A stretch of 64,000 nt of DNA from Dudresnaya verticillata. Taxonomy: Eukaryota. The notes beneath the pieces were generated by a model that worked only from the letters and a program-made list of their open reading frames with translations, was not told the DNA's origin and made no database searches. The translations under genes were made by a program, and so were the position numbers. Shown here one piece after another: positions 12,201-22,072 of this stretch; the stretch's first letter is position 1; the number at the start of each line of letters is the position of its first letter. Where the stretch lies: the NCBI GenBank assembly GCA_977862235.1, contig OZ374557.1, positions 3,224,001 to 3,288,000 of the forward strand, written 5' to 3'.

Positions 12201-13543
12201 TCAATTCCTTTATCTGCCAAACGCCCAGTAGAGACAAGATTGTATCCCATCTGCGGGATGAAGAGGGCCTTCTTGAGCCGAATATTGGCATGCTCAAACG
12301 GCAGAATCACATCTCCACATAGGTCTGAGGTGACAGACGACTTGTCCGCAAGCACTACAGTACGCTTTTCGCAGCGCGATACTGAGCTCGGTACAAAAGA
12401 AGTCATTGAGTGGAAGCAATGCACAGTTGCTCCACTGTCGGCATACGTTCCTTGGTCGTTCGGAGGAACAACAGTAGTCATCTCAACCGATGCACCGGCG
12501 ATTTCTACCTTTGCAGATTTACCATTATTCTTACCAGATGCAGCTACCGCCGAGTTGGCGTTGCCCTTTTTGCCCTGGTTGGTGAACATCTGTCGCACCT
12601 TTGGAGGAAGCTTGTTGTTAGGATTTTCCGGATTTAGATAGCATCGATCCGCGGTGTGTCCATCCTTGTCGCAAACATCACAGTGAAGGTGCCGGTTCGG
12701 GGTGGAGTGAGCCTGCTTGGCGGACTTGAGTGCAACCGCCAACGCACGGACGGTGGATTCAATATCAGAAGAGTCATCGGAGTCGTCGTTGTCATCCAGC
12801 GGGTTGTGTTGCTGGCGAGAACCTGACGACGCGGACTTCTTTTTCTTCTTCCGACGACTCTTCGACTTACTGGATCTCCCACCTGCGTTTGATCCATGAG
12901 AATCTTTGGCGTTGTACTCATCGATCAGCGTGGTTGCGACGTAGTCCCAAGTCAGCTCAGCAGCATCTTTGGTGCGAAGAGCTGCAGCTGTTGACTCCAG
13001 GTGGCAGGACGGATCAATGGAAGCAAGCAGCATAGGTGCCTTATGTGTCTCCGGTATCGCCGAGTCGTTGCCCATGCGGTCGAGTTGGGCGAACAGTGAC
13101 GTGTACTGGTCGACATAGTTGGACATATTCTGACCGGTGTACGTCATACGGAATAGCTTGGTCTGTACGGCGATACGGGATACGGTTCGACTGGACGCAT
13201 AGCGCGAGTCCAATAGCTCCAGCATGCGTTTGGGGTCATCATCAACCTCCATAACGACACGAAGCGGAGCATCACCAAGTGCGGAGATAATGATCCCGCA
13301 AGCCTTCTCACGTTTGGCCAAGGTTCTGGCGTGAATAATGGAAGTATCCGCTGAGGCCTCTCCAGTTGACTGTGAGCTGGTCGGTGTGTCGTTTGAGGTG
13401 TGGACAACATTCCAAACCCCTTTGATGCGGCATGCGGCACGAAGGCGATGACGCCAGAGACTGTAGTCGTCACCTCTCCTGCCGTGGAAACGGGGTATCT
13501 TGACCCCGCTCGAAGTATCCATCTCGGCTTCGGTATCAGTCAT
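9221..13543 (-). CDS. Copia gag-pol polyprotein, 1440 aa, intact (copy A)
   Basis: Gag with zinc knuckle CDVCDKDGHTADRC; protease DSGA; integrase WHRRLAH..CRAC, HSDIVGP/HSDGAQE/NGIAER; RT KARVVA, LDVKTAFLNG, YGLKQA, YVDD; RNase H DADYAGD, SEYYA, DNQSAI, ADLLTK. Domain order PR-IN-RT-RH. Confidence 0.98.
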   Translation of the reverse strand: MTDTEAEMDTSSGVKIPRFHGRRGDDYSLWRHRLRAACRIKGVWNVVHTSNDTPTSSQSTGEASADTSIIHARTLAKREKACGIIISALGDAPLRVVMEVDDDPKRMLELLDSRYASSRTVSRIAVQTKLFRMTYTGQNMSNYVDQYTSLFAQLDRMGNDSAIPETHKAPMLLASIDPSCHLESTAAALRTKDAAELTWDYVATTLIDEYNAKDSHGSNAGGRSSKSKSRRKKKKKSASSGSRQQHNPLDDNDDSDDSSDIESTVRALAVALKSAKQAHSTPNRHLHCDVCDKDGHTADRCYLNPENPNNKLPPKVRQMFTNQGKKGNANSAVAASGKNNGKSAKVEIAGASVEMTTVVPPNDQGTYADSGATVHCFHSMTSFVPSSVSRCEKRTVVLADKSSVTSDLCGDVILPFEHANIRLKKALFIPQMGYNLVSTGRLADKGIESHFRRLDVRLVLDSDGYYIGSDVRDASSGMYMLPEPEPHTSEEQVLAVPSTQQTTELWHRRLAHINFRDLAKVHEHVEGVPELGSTHEVCRACRLGKAHKQSFPGHFRLAKAVGDLVHSDIVGPIQISFPDRFRYATTFLDDKSRFLVVACMRSRRMLSAAFDQASAKFIELGGAEITKLHSDGAQEYLALQKDLGGVGDSGKSFSPPYTPELNGIAERVNRTMVEAALTLLIQADLPGCLWPFALKHVNYVRNRVPHSTVGATPYSVMTGDVPDLKHLRVFGCAAYVLRLPRGSKFESRALEGVHLETLEHGIYRILVTGGDGIPRVVESRHVTFDESKFPGAPSLLEYGHDEADSDEDYESNSEASIFNSDSDDDVSLGNFEDEEDAIEVDTPSSPPLPPSEPSSFESDDTAEEENVSDSPPAGVSSDPERQQQSRYPRRQRRQTSKWFMASSAQAEQQVALTTGDEPTLREAMSATPEERGLWQSAIDDEFASLESKGTWVRDDSPGAQPLPTHAVLKVKRKSDGTVERFKARVVAGGNFQTYGEDYMETYAPVVSFSLVRMFLYLVLCLNLFVAQLDVKTAFLNGDLAEHVWVMSPRGIPGRESLCYKLLKAMYGLKQAHLAWHTKLCGDLARMMFEELPSAPCVFRRKSKSSGYAYILVYVDDLLILAPTKAERDAIVKELQGLYDLRLSEGVDLFLGVELGWKLDSDGRFVSLKMTQQVYTESVLRRFGLQNSKPACTPMVESFFTGLAAEEDKAVVSVETYQQMIGSLLYLGLRTRLDILASVLILARFQKAPTAYCHRGVKRVLRYLRGTHKHGVTYQSGSTRIQAYVDADYAGDTTDRKSMSGYMVKLGDAVCIWGSKKQSTVALSTCESEYYAMTLAAKETVWVTRVLKEADLNVEGPVPLRSDNQSAINWATGERCPSGRAKHIDVRVHFIRELVADSVLEVVYVPSEDNDADLLTKPLGPTLLNRILPRVGLGGAIEEEC
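9227..9235 (-). promoter_or_regulatory. Polypurine tract GAGGAGGAG next to the 3' LTR
   Basis: Purine run immediately upstream of TGTTGA wherever an internal domain meets a 3' LTR (e.g. 32720-32728 and 43195-43203 on +). Confidence 0.8.
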
Positions 13544-14321
13544 AGCTGTTGGGACTGATGCTGGGAAGAGATAACTTGAATAGTTTTAGAAAACTTGGTG
13601 AACTTGGGGCAGTGCTGTTAGTGCAACAGTGTCGATGCCCAGAGGGTAATAGTCGTGTTAAGCAGAGCAGTGCAGCTCACACAACGAAGACGTGACGACG
13701 AAACTGAGAAATGTGTCGAACACGTCGGTAATATAATACAGTCACAAGCGGAGCACACTTTGCCAAGTAGCTCCCACGCTTGGAGTAATGAAACTCTCAG
13801 GTGATGATGGGATCACCTGGACTGAAGAAGAAAAGTTGAAACTTGAAGTTGAAAAGTTGATTCTTGATAGTTGAACGTCTTTTTGACGCGGGATGTTCTG
13901 GCACCAGGTTCTACCTAGTCACCCCTAGGAGTCGGACTCCTGGCCCCCGGATATGATTCTCCGGGTGAAATGCGTCTTTCAGCAGCCCTTTCGTGTCGTG
14001 CGCACACAGACACGAAGTATGCAATCCTTACGAGACGTCCACCTTATGGGTACTAACTCAAAACGAGTGTTCACCACACGAACAGGTCCAGTCTCTTGCA
14101 GGAATGGAACTAGGCCCAACCGTGTCAAGGTTCTGGATCTTACTGGAGGCTGCTCCCCTAGGCCAACGAGGTCCTGACTTAACGAGAGTCACCACGCACA
14201 ACACTCAACCTCTCAGCAAGCTCACGGACCAAGACAACAGCGGACGAGAGCCTCGAGAACTCTCTCACAAAATCAGAGACACAAGCCGACACAGTGGGAT
14301 AGGGACCACTTTCAACAGACA

Positions 14322-14398
14322 ACAAGCAGACAGGACAGGACACAAGCCGACAGGACAGGACACAAGCAGACAGGACAGGCCAGGACGGGACAGGACAG
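14322..14398. repeat. 20-bp tandem repeat (CACAAGCAGACAGGACAGGA-like) in the 5' leader, about 80 bp downstream of the PBS
   Basis: Visible in all leaders. Copy F carries one extra unit (LTR-to-ATG offset 957 versus 937). Confidence 0.85.
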
Positions 14399-14465
14399 TA
14401 TCAAGAATGAAAAGAAAAAGGAAGAAGGTTGCAGCGAAGCGATGAAGTCTGCGTAGGTCGACCTT

Positions 14466-14479
14466 CTGGGCCCATAACC
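14466..14479 (-). promoter_or_regulatory. Primer-binding site GGTTATGGGCCCAG, complementary to the anticodon arm of tRNAiMet (half-tRNA priming)
   Basis: Directly abuts the 5' LTR CA. The same sequence is at 27480-27493 (+), 37945-37958 (+), 53716-53729 (-) and 62761-62774 (-). Same type of PBS as Drosophila copia and yeast Ty5. Confidence 0.9.
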
Positions 14480-16317
14480 TGAAAGGAATATGGAGAGGTT
14501 GAAGTTGAACAAGATGAGAAATGGAAGTCGCTTGACTTCGTTTACTGCAGTCGACCATCCGACATGGCTTATATCAGCTTTTCGGATGAGTTGCTGCGTG
14601 AACACAAACAAAACAAATCATTAAAGAAACGCCCAAAATCCCTATCATCAAATGGGCGGGAAAAAGTAAAACAATTAAATCTACCAAATCATACTCTCAG
14701 CACACTCACATCCGCCACCAAAATGGGCGGGAACTTGCACACCAGTGTTGCTAACTGCTGACATCAGCAATCCCTCTTGCGACCGCATTTCCTGCCATCC
14801 ATATGTACTCCAACTTTGGGCGGGAACTCGAAAGTATCGAGTGTCCCCGCATGACTGCTGTCGGACAACACTGCATACCACGTGGCCGCACTTACGAGCT
14901 GAAGTCCGTCCATGAATATCCAACTTGGATCATTGACCACGTAATCACCCAGATTTGCCTACGTGGCAGCTGTAAACCAACGTGTCGGCCGCACGACACC
15001 TACGTGGCAACTGTAAACCAACGTGTCGGCCGCACGACAACTGCATCTGCTGATATCACAAGCCAGGCTCCACGTAGCGCAAGTCCCTGCAGTACCAACT
15101 CAGACGCCATCAGCACATTGCATGGCACGTTCATATGTACTTGTGGAGTACAGTGCGCGTCATACCAGTACCATTCCATGCCATACCACGTGCATCCATG
15201 TGGTCCAATCAGATCGTTCCACTTGGCCGTTCCTGTTATAACCGCCAATTCCAGCACAACACTTGTAAGCCATATAGACCATGGAGGCGGTTTGTAACAA
15301 CCAATCAGAAGCCCGTTTCACGTTGCTTTTGCAAAAGGCCTAAATGCGCCGTGATTTTGGAAGCCCGGAAAAAGGGCTGTCGTCTCCGGAAGGTTTGGTG
15401 AAAGCGTGCCAGGGTACCATCTGGGGTACCTGACCCGTGACGTGAGGCGCCAGCGACCATGTCCTCAACAGTCTATATGGGTTACAAGTGTTGTGCTGGA
15501 ATTGGCGGTTATAACAGGAACGGCCAAGTGGAACGATCTGATTGGACCACATGGATGCACGTGGTATGGCATGGAATGGTACTGGTATGACGCGCACTGT
15601 ACTCCACAAGTACATATGAACGTGCCATGCAATGTGCTGATGGCGTCTGAGTTGGTACTGCAGGGACTTGCGCTACGTGGAGCCTGGCTTGTGATATCAG
15701 CAGATGCAGTTGTCGTGCGGCCAACACGTCGGTTTACAGTTGCCACGTAGCTGTCGTGCGGTCGACACGTTGGTTTACAGTTGCCACGTAGGTGTCGTGC
15801 GGCCGACACGTTGGTTTACAGCTGCCACGTAGGCAAATCTGGGTGATTACGTGGTCAATGATCCAAGTTGGATATTCATGGACGGACTTGAGCTGGTAAG
15901 TGCGGCCACGTGGTGTGCAGCGTTGTCCGACAGCAGCCATGCGGGGACACTCGATACTTTCGAGTTCCCGCCCAAAGTTGGAGTACATATGGATGGCAGG
16001 AAATGCGGTCGCAAGAGGGATTGCTGATGTCAGCAGTTAGCAACACTGGTGTGCAAGTTCCCGCCCATTCTGGTGGCGGATGTGAGTGTGCTGAGAGTAT
16101 GATTTGGTACATTTGATTGCTTTACTTTTTCCCGCCCATTTGACGATAGGGATTTTGGGCGTATCTTTAATGATTTGTTTTGTTTGTGTTCACGCAGCAA
16201 CTCATCCGAAAAGCTGATATAAGCCTTGTCGGATGGTCGACTGCAGTAAACGAAGTCAAGCGACTTCCATTTCTCATCTTGTTCAACTTCAACCTCTCCA
16301 TATTCCTTTTCAGGCAG

Positions 16318-17426
16318 ACATTGTTTTTAGATCCCTGGTAACCAACCGGGAAATTGAAGATGTCCAACGCCACGCCGTAAGGTTTTTCGAGAAGTTTGAG
16401 GAAACCTTCGTTCGGCATGACATTGAGCGAGTGCATCTTTGCAAGTATACGGTACATTTGTTGCTGCACCTAGCGGATGGCTTGAGGGAGTACGGGCCAT
16501 TGAGAGGAACCTCTCAGTATTGGGTGGAGGGGTATATCGGATGGATCGTCGACCGTTGCAATGCCCGATACAGACCAGCGAGGACTATGTTCAACAGCGC
16601 ATTCTTTGCAGAGTCTTACAAGGCGTTTTATGGACTTGACTTCCAGAAGCGTGAAGATCAAGAGTCGTCACGGCTCTATCAGGAATTTGCGGTTTCAGGT
16701 CCCTTTGTTGAGAAAAGCCTCAGTGGCATGGGTGCCTCCGGGGCAAGAATACGAACGATCTTAACTTCGTACTTTCTGCGCAAGCACGAAGGCATTTCCT
16801 ACAATGAAGCGCGTGCTGCAGTAGATTCTGTTGACACAATCCGATTCGCATCGCATCTGCGATGCTATTCTGGGGCCGATATGAGAACTGCATCTGTGTT
16901 CAAGGAGGGTTCTACTGTTCGACGCAGCTGTTACGTTGCAGTTGAGATGGAGGGCAGAGGGGAGCAGGCCATTGATATTTACTATGGTAAGCTTCTCCAA
17001 ATACTGGAGTTTCGTGTCAAAGCGAACGAAGCGCAAAGCACATCCTGTCTTCCATTGTGGAACGGAAACGCTTACACGTTGGTTATATGCTCTTGGGCAC
17101 AGTATTTGAACAAGGGAAGGCAGGGGCAGGTATTCCAGAATGGTCCATCATCCCGCTCTTTTTCAGGTCCAAGTGCAGAGGACCCAACGATCGTGAAACG
17201 TCTCATCGGAGTCGTTGAACACCACTACCCACGCACGGTATCAAGATGCAATCCACCACCCACCTGTGCACAATCAAACGAGGTTGGACCACCAAGCGCT
17301 GTACGGGAATCCTCTGGTGTCAAGAGGTACTTCATTGATCCTTCTTTGCGTTCAGACTACCTTCTGTCCCCGACACGCGCCTCGTATGACGGCATAGTGC
17401 GCACCCTCAGAGGCAGGGCCTGTTGA
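16318..17426 (+). pseudogene. CACTA/EnSpm transposase, 3' part (DUF4218-like)
   Basis: Removing 8040-16317 rejoins ...FVALA|DIVFRS... in frame. Contains VHLLLHLADGLREYGPLRGTSQYWVEGYIG, a motif typical of this family. Confidence 0.8.
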
Positions 17427-17725
17427 GGGAGGGTTTGAGGGATTCGGTGGTGACGGAGCTAGTTGATATGCAGTGCGACAGGGTACCCTCACGTGAGTAG
17501 AGACCTCAGCGCAACCGGATCTCACATTGACGGTGTGCGGAGGTGCAGAGCCGCTGGTGGTGGACCATGAAGACCATTTGACGAGCAGCGGGGTTGGTTC
17601 CGCAGTGAGATGGTTGCCTTCGCCTGACCAAGTACGCGCACTGTGCGGTACTTATCGGGCGTTCGGGCTGCTAGCCGAGCTGGAGTTCGGATCGCTAGAA
17701 GCGTTGGCCGTGTTGGAATCGGGGA

Positions 17726-17785
17726 CGGTGAGCGGGGCGCGGTGAGCGTGGGGGCGGTGAGTGTGGGGGCGGTGAGCGGGAGGGG
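17726..17785. repeat. Short G-rich tandem repeat (about 15-bp GCGGTGAGYGTGGGG, about 4 copies)
   Basis: Read directly at 17726-17785. Confidence 0.6.
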
Positions 17786-18970
17786 TGCTGTCGGTCTCAT
17801 CGCAAGACTGTGTTGTGACCCTTCTGCGTCACGGCGCCGACGTGGATGAAGTGTCACGTGCGGCAGGGTTATCGAGAAATATTTGTCATAAACTTGAAGA
17901 TCAGCGTATCCGGAGTATCCAAGTGTGCGAACAAGATGCAATGATGTGTCGCCCAATTTCGAATTCCGGCTGTCTCAAATATAAACCGGGGTTTGAAACA
18001 TTCTCAAATACGGCAATGCGGCGCGCTAAGCGGTGTAAAATTTGGCGGCAAATGGCGAGTGTTCAACGGGTAGCCGGTAGGTGTCCGATTACCCGTTAAT
18101 TACCCGTGTAATGCCCGGTATGATTCTCCTAGGGGTAGTTGGCGTCCTGAAAGGGAACGGGAAGCGCCCGGAATTCAGGAAATGGTCAAGACCGAGAAAC
18201 TCCCCGTGGGGTTCAACCAGGGGTACCCTGCTATTCAGGGGACCAATAAATAGGGCTTGTACCCGTGCTAATACTAGCTAACACAGTGTACTGTACGAAA
18301 ATTACATTGAGCAATGGGAGGCGGATTGACGCCCCTGTGGCGGCTTATAATCGGGAAATATCCCAGCGCCACACCAATGATAGTGCGTCAATCACGCGTC
18401 TGAGGCGCAGGTGAGTTCGCGCCAGGCGCCAATCACATGTCTCATCCTGGCGAAGCCCTGCAATGACAGCGTCTTACAGGGCATTGGCCCGTTACGACTT
18501 ACAGCGTATTACGCCCACCCGGCAACGGGGACTTCTTCCGAGGCTTCTCGACGGTTCGGAACCGTAGTATTACACGTGGGTTCTCAGGATGCACGAAAAA
18601 TCTGTTGAAGAAGCTCAACCCGGGCGTCAGTCCGACGTTGAAAGGTACTTCTATAGAAGGTTAAAAACCGTAAATGTAGTTTCCTTGTTCACACGATTTG
18701 ACGCAACTATGTAGCTTTATATCCCTAATACCTCAAATGGACAGTGCAGTGTCCATTTGGTATTTTCTGGATTTTGGGCGTCAGCCCCAAATGGACACTA
18801 CAGTGTCAATTTGATGCTCATACGAGGCTCTTTTAGAAGGCACATTGCTCCCAAACCATTTCGGATGGGCGGGCTGACACCCGGCCATTGTACAGTACCG
18901 TAAGTGAGGATTATTTTCCGGGTACAAAACCTGAAATCGGACAAGTGGTTGCAAAGCTGCTGCTCCCCGC

Positions 18971-20869
18971 ATGAACCGGCGTATTCACAAGAGGCGCGTT
19001 TGCAATCTTCGTCTCACAATGGCCAGTGTGCTGCCAAAAGATGTAATACAGGGGCACGCGGCGGGAGTGGATGCGAGTGAAAGTGTTGAGGCTGTTCGAC
19101 GTGGCCGCCGGGGTCGGGGCGGCAGCGGACGCGGTCGGGGCAGACGCGGGAGGGGGCGGGGAGGCCGGGGAGGCCGTAGGGGCTATGGAGGCCGTGGAGG
19201 TCGCGGAGGTCGCGGAGGGCGTCATAGCGACTACAACTACGAGGAACCATCAAAAGGCTGGAGGCTTCACTCGCCCAGCGAGGGCATAGCTCTTGAGCAG
19301 GACTTTTCAAGTACTGTTATCGCAGAGAGGGCGAGGCTATTCTGCTCCTCTGCACTTTCCCGCCTTGACGTGGAGATGCGCGCAGGCAATGTTAACGACG
19401 GAACGGTGGGTATCGTGGTGCTCCTCGTGGAGGAGGCACTTCGGTTTTGTCGAAAATGGCTGAACGGCCACATCGCGTTGCATGATCCTGGTAGGAGGCC
19501 CGCTGGGATGCCAGACATGTACCAGTTTGTCGCCGTTATGCTTTTATCACAGCTGGGCGGGATTAGCCTGGAGAAGGCGCTGGATGTTCTCCCTCGATTT
19601 GACTACAATGTGCCTCCAGCCGACAGAATGCGGTTCATAAGCCAGAACATTCTCGCGTACCCTGCGACGGGCCGCGGCAATATGGGGGACGAGGTCTGGA
19701 GCTCGCAAACGGACGCTACGTCGCGTCTGGACCCGTTTGAGAAGACGGCTTACCACATGTCTCGGAACATATTTTTAACTCCAGCCCACAAAGGTGTGAC
19801 GCTTGATGACGATCTGTATGGCACGCGCTCGAAAGGCAACCAAGTTAAGACCTTGGGCGCTCGGAAGGCAGACCGGGAGGGTCAGGTGGCCGATGTCGTA
19901 TCGGATGCGCTTTTTCGGCTGACGTATGCGGTGAGATTCAGGCGAGGAGGGCAGTCGCAGTCTGATAATCTGGAGAAACTTCTCGACGTGCTAATGGAAG
20001 GAAGGGGGAGCAATCAATGCATGGTATGGTCGCTACAGCAGACCGCGGCTACGGCTCTATGTAGCTATGGCGGAGTATGCTTCGTCTCGGAGTCGGGGCG
20101 ATTCTAACTCTGCCCGAGCATCTACTGCGGTGCCATCCCTTTGTCGGCGCTTCTCATTTCTCGGTGACAAGAGCAGACGACAACGAAGAGGTACCTCTGG
20201 ATGGCAGGGAGGAGGAAGGAGGGGTTGAGAGCGAGACGCCGAGCAGTGACGAGCCTGACAGCGGCCCGCAGCTTGCGAGCGAGTATCCCACTGACGCGGC
20301 CGATCGGGAACCGGAGCCTGTGAACGACGGCGAGAATACGCTGGCACGTCTTCCGGCCGCTGTGTATGACCGTAAAGCTGCACTTGTCGTGAGGGATGAG
20401 CCCGACGTCGGCTTTGGAAGCTTCTTTGCGAAGCGGAGCTTGAAGATATCCGCGGGTGGTGCGCCAGCCAATGGCGTCGCAAAGAGGTCGCAGGTGACGG
20501 CGGTCGCAGTTCGAGAGCGTGGTACTCCCGATTTCAGCAAAGTGTTGAGGTTTTTGTACTCTACCCCGTCATCTTTCTCCGAATCAATCGAGACTTGGGT
20601 GGCTGCTCCGCGCAGCCACGCGCACGATGAAAAGCTACTATTCGCAAAGACTCCCGGTCAAGCCGCATCGGATCCCTCGGTGGACGCAAGCAGTCCAAGA
20701 ACAGTTATTGAGAGCACGGTACTCAGAAACTGTTGTGCGCTTACGAAAGGTCAGAGGTGCGCAGATTGGTTTATCATGCAACAATTGCGCGTTCCAGGCA
20801 CCATCGCTGGCAGGATCATGCTCGCCGATAACAATGTCCGAGTACTGCTAGGATACCCGCCGCATCCTG
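18971..20869 (+). pseudogene. piggyBac-like DDD transposase with an RGG-rich N-terminus and a probable YqaJ-like C-terminal domain; frameshift at about 20005, stop at about 20062, truncated by a copia LTR
   Basis: VTLDDDLYGTRS...RKADREG...VSDA resembles the piggyBac 'DE....g.....KP.K.G...D' block. After the frameshift, VATADRGYGS matches the second catalytic D motif. Ends in LTKGQRCADWFIMQQLRVPGTIAG. Motif recognition by eye only. Confidence 0.6.
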
Positions 20870-20959
20870 TGAAAAGGAATATGGAGAGGTTGAAGTTGAA
20901 CAAGATGAGAAATGGAAGTCGCTTGACTTCGTTTACTGCAGTCGACCATCCGACATGGC
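20870..20959 (-). mobile_element. Copia LTR 3'-terminal 90 bp, interrupted by a LINE; the remainder is expected beyond the window
   Basis: TGAAAAGGAATATGG...CCGACATGGC matches the LTR end. Left flank TCCTG is the predicted TSD. Confidence 0.9.
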
Positions 20960-22072
20960 CTCAATCGACGGGTTCGCGCACTTGTGCATCGCAATAAACG
21001 GCGATGCAAGTTGCGTTTGACAGAAGCTCTCCTGTCCTCCGACCCTGCTGATGGTCCCAAAATGGTTAAGGCCGTGCTCCGAAACGCATCCGGCCCACTT
21101 GGTTCTCGGAGAGACCAACCAATTGGGAAGTTGGACCTGGCCAACTTTACAAAACACCTCGCGACAGGGGCTGGAAAAGGACATATTCCGCCCATTGTGC
21201 CCTTCGAAACTTCCCGAAACTTCGAATCTCACGTTTTCCGTGCTATAGTCAAGGCCAAACCGAAGAAGGCCACAGGCACGGATGAAGTCTTCAGCGAAGC
21301 ATTCAAGGTCGCCCCAAAGTCCTTTGCGCATGTCTTGGGACTCTTTTGGGTGAAATGCAGTCAGCTCGGGTACCTATTGCAAGATTGGCAAACATCCCTG
21401 CTGGTGCCAATTTACAAACGGGGTCCCAAATCGGACCCAACCAGCTATCGACCGATTGCGCTAGTGTCGCACGGACGACAAATGCGTTCAAAGGCAATCG
21501 CGTCTATGATTCGTAAGGAGTACCAGTTTCATCCGACTCAGTTGGGTTCCGTGAGAAAACTGGTACCGAAACCGCCATCTTAAGGCATGCAGCCAGCACA
21601 AAAGCTGGATTCCGGTACACGGCCGTGCTCGACTTGAAGTCGGCATACGATACAGTACCCCGCGAGCGGTTGATGTCGAAAGTGAATCAGAAGATGTCAC
21701 CTACCACGGCGGCAATGGTCGCTCTGGAGTTACAACCAGCAACAGTAGTTACCAAGGGCGATATCACCGGCACCACTGCAATTGTGTCGCGGGGTGTGCC
21801 TCAAGGCGTGTCCTCGAGTCCGACTTTGTACAATGTCAACATGGACTCGTATCCTGAGTTCATGGATTTGTCAATGTCGGCCTCCGAAAGTGCTGAAGAA
21901 ATCGACATTACGATCTTTGCTGACGACGTCAAGCTCCGATCCAAGACTAGTACCGGCCTCCAAACGGCCTTAGATGCGTCCACGAAATGGGCTGATCTTG
22001 AAGGTATGCAGTGGGGAACTTCAAAATGCCATGTTTTGGAGCCCGAAAACTGCACCAAACGAGCAATGTACT
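20960..22072 (+). mobile_element. 5'-truncated LINE fragment (ORF2 RT region) with a 1-bp frameshift at about 21545, itself interrupted by a full-length LINE
   Basis: Near-identical to 25020-25935 plus 34290-34488. YRPIAL, DLKSAYD, GVPQG and FADD motifs. Confidence 0.92.

Larger units (their letters stand above)
8236..15470 (-). mobile_element. Full-length Ty1/copia LTR retrotransposon, copy A (7235 bp)
   Basis: LTRs 8236-9226 and 14480-15470 (991 bp, identical by eye). TSD GTCTA at 8231-8235 and 15471-15475. PBS, PPT and intact ORF present. Confidence 0.98.
8040..16312 (+). mobile_element. Copia solo LTR (about 1033 bp: 8040-8235 plus 15476-16312), split by element A
   Basis: Starts TGTTGAGG and ends CCTTTTCA. 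TSD GGCAG at 8035-8039 and 16313-16317. No internal domain of its own. Confidence 0.95.

Noticed and set aside
13993..14445. 150-aa antisense ORF in the copia leader as an extra or env-like gene
   Set aside because: Starts at GTG, is largely made of the 20-bp repeat, and is frameshifted in the otherwise intact copy F.
18240..18290. Possible CACTA right terminus (...CACAGTG) pairing with about 2540-2580
   Set aside because: Only patchy similarity; no convincing TIR pair or TSD could be read.
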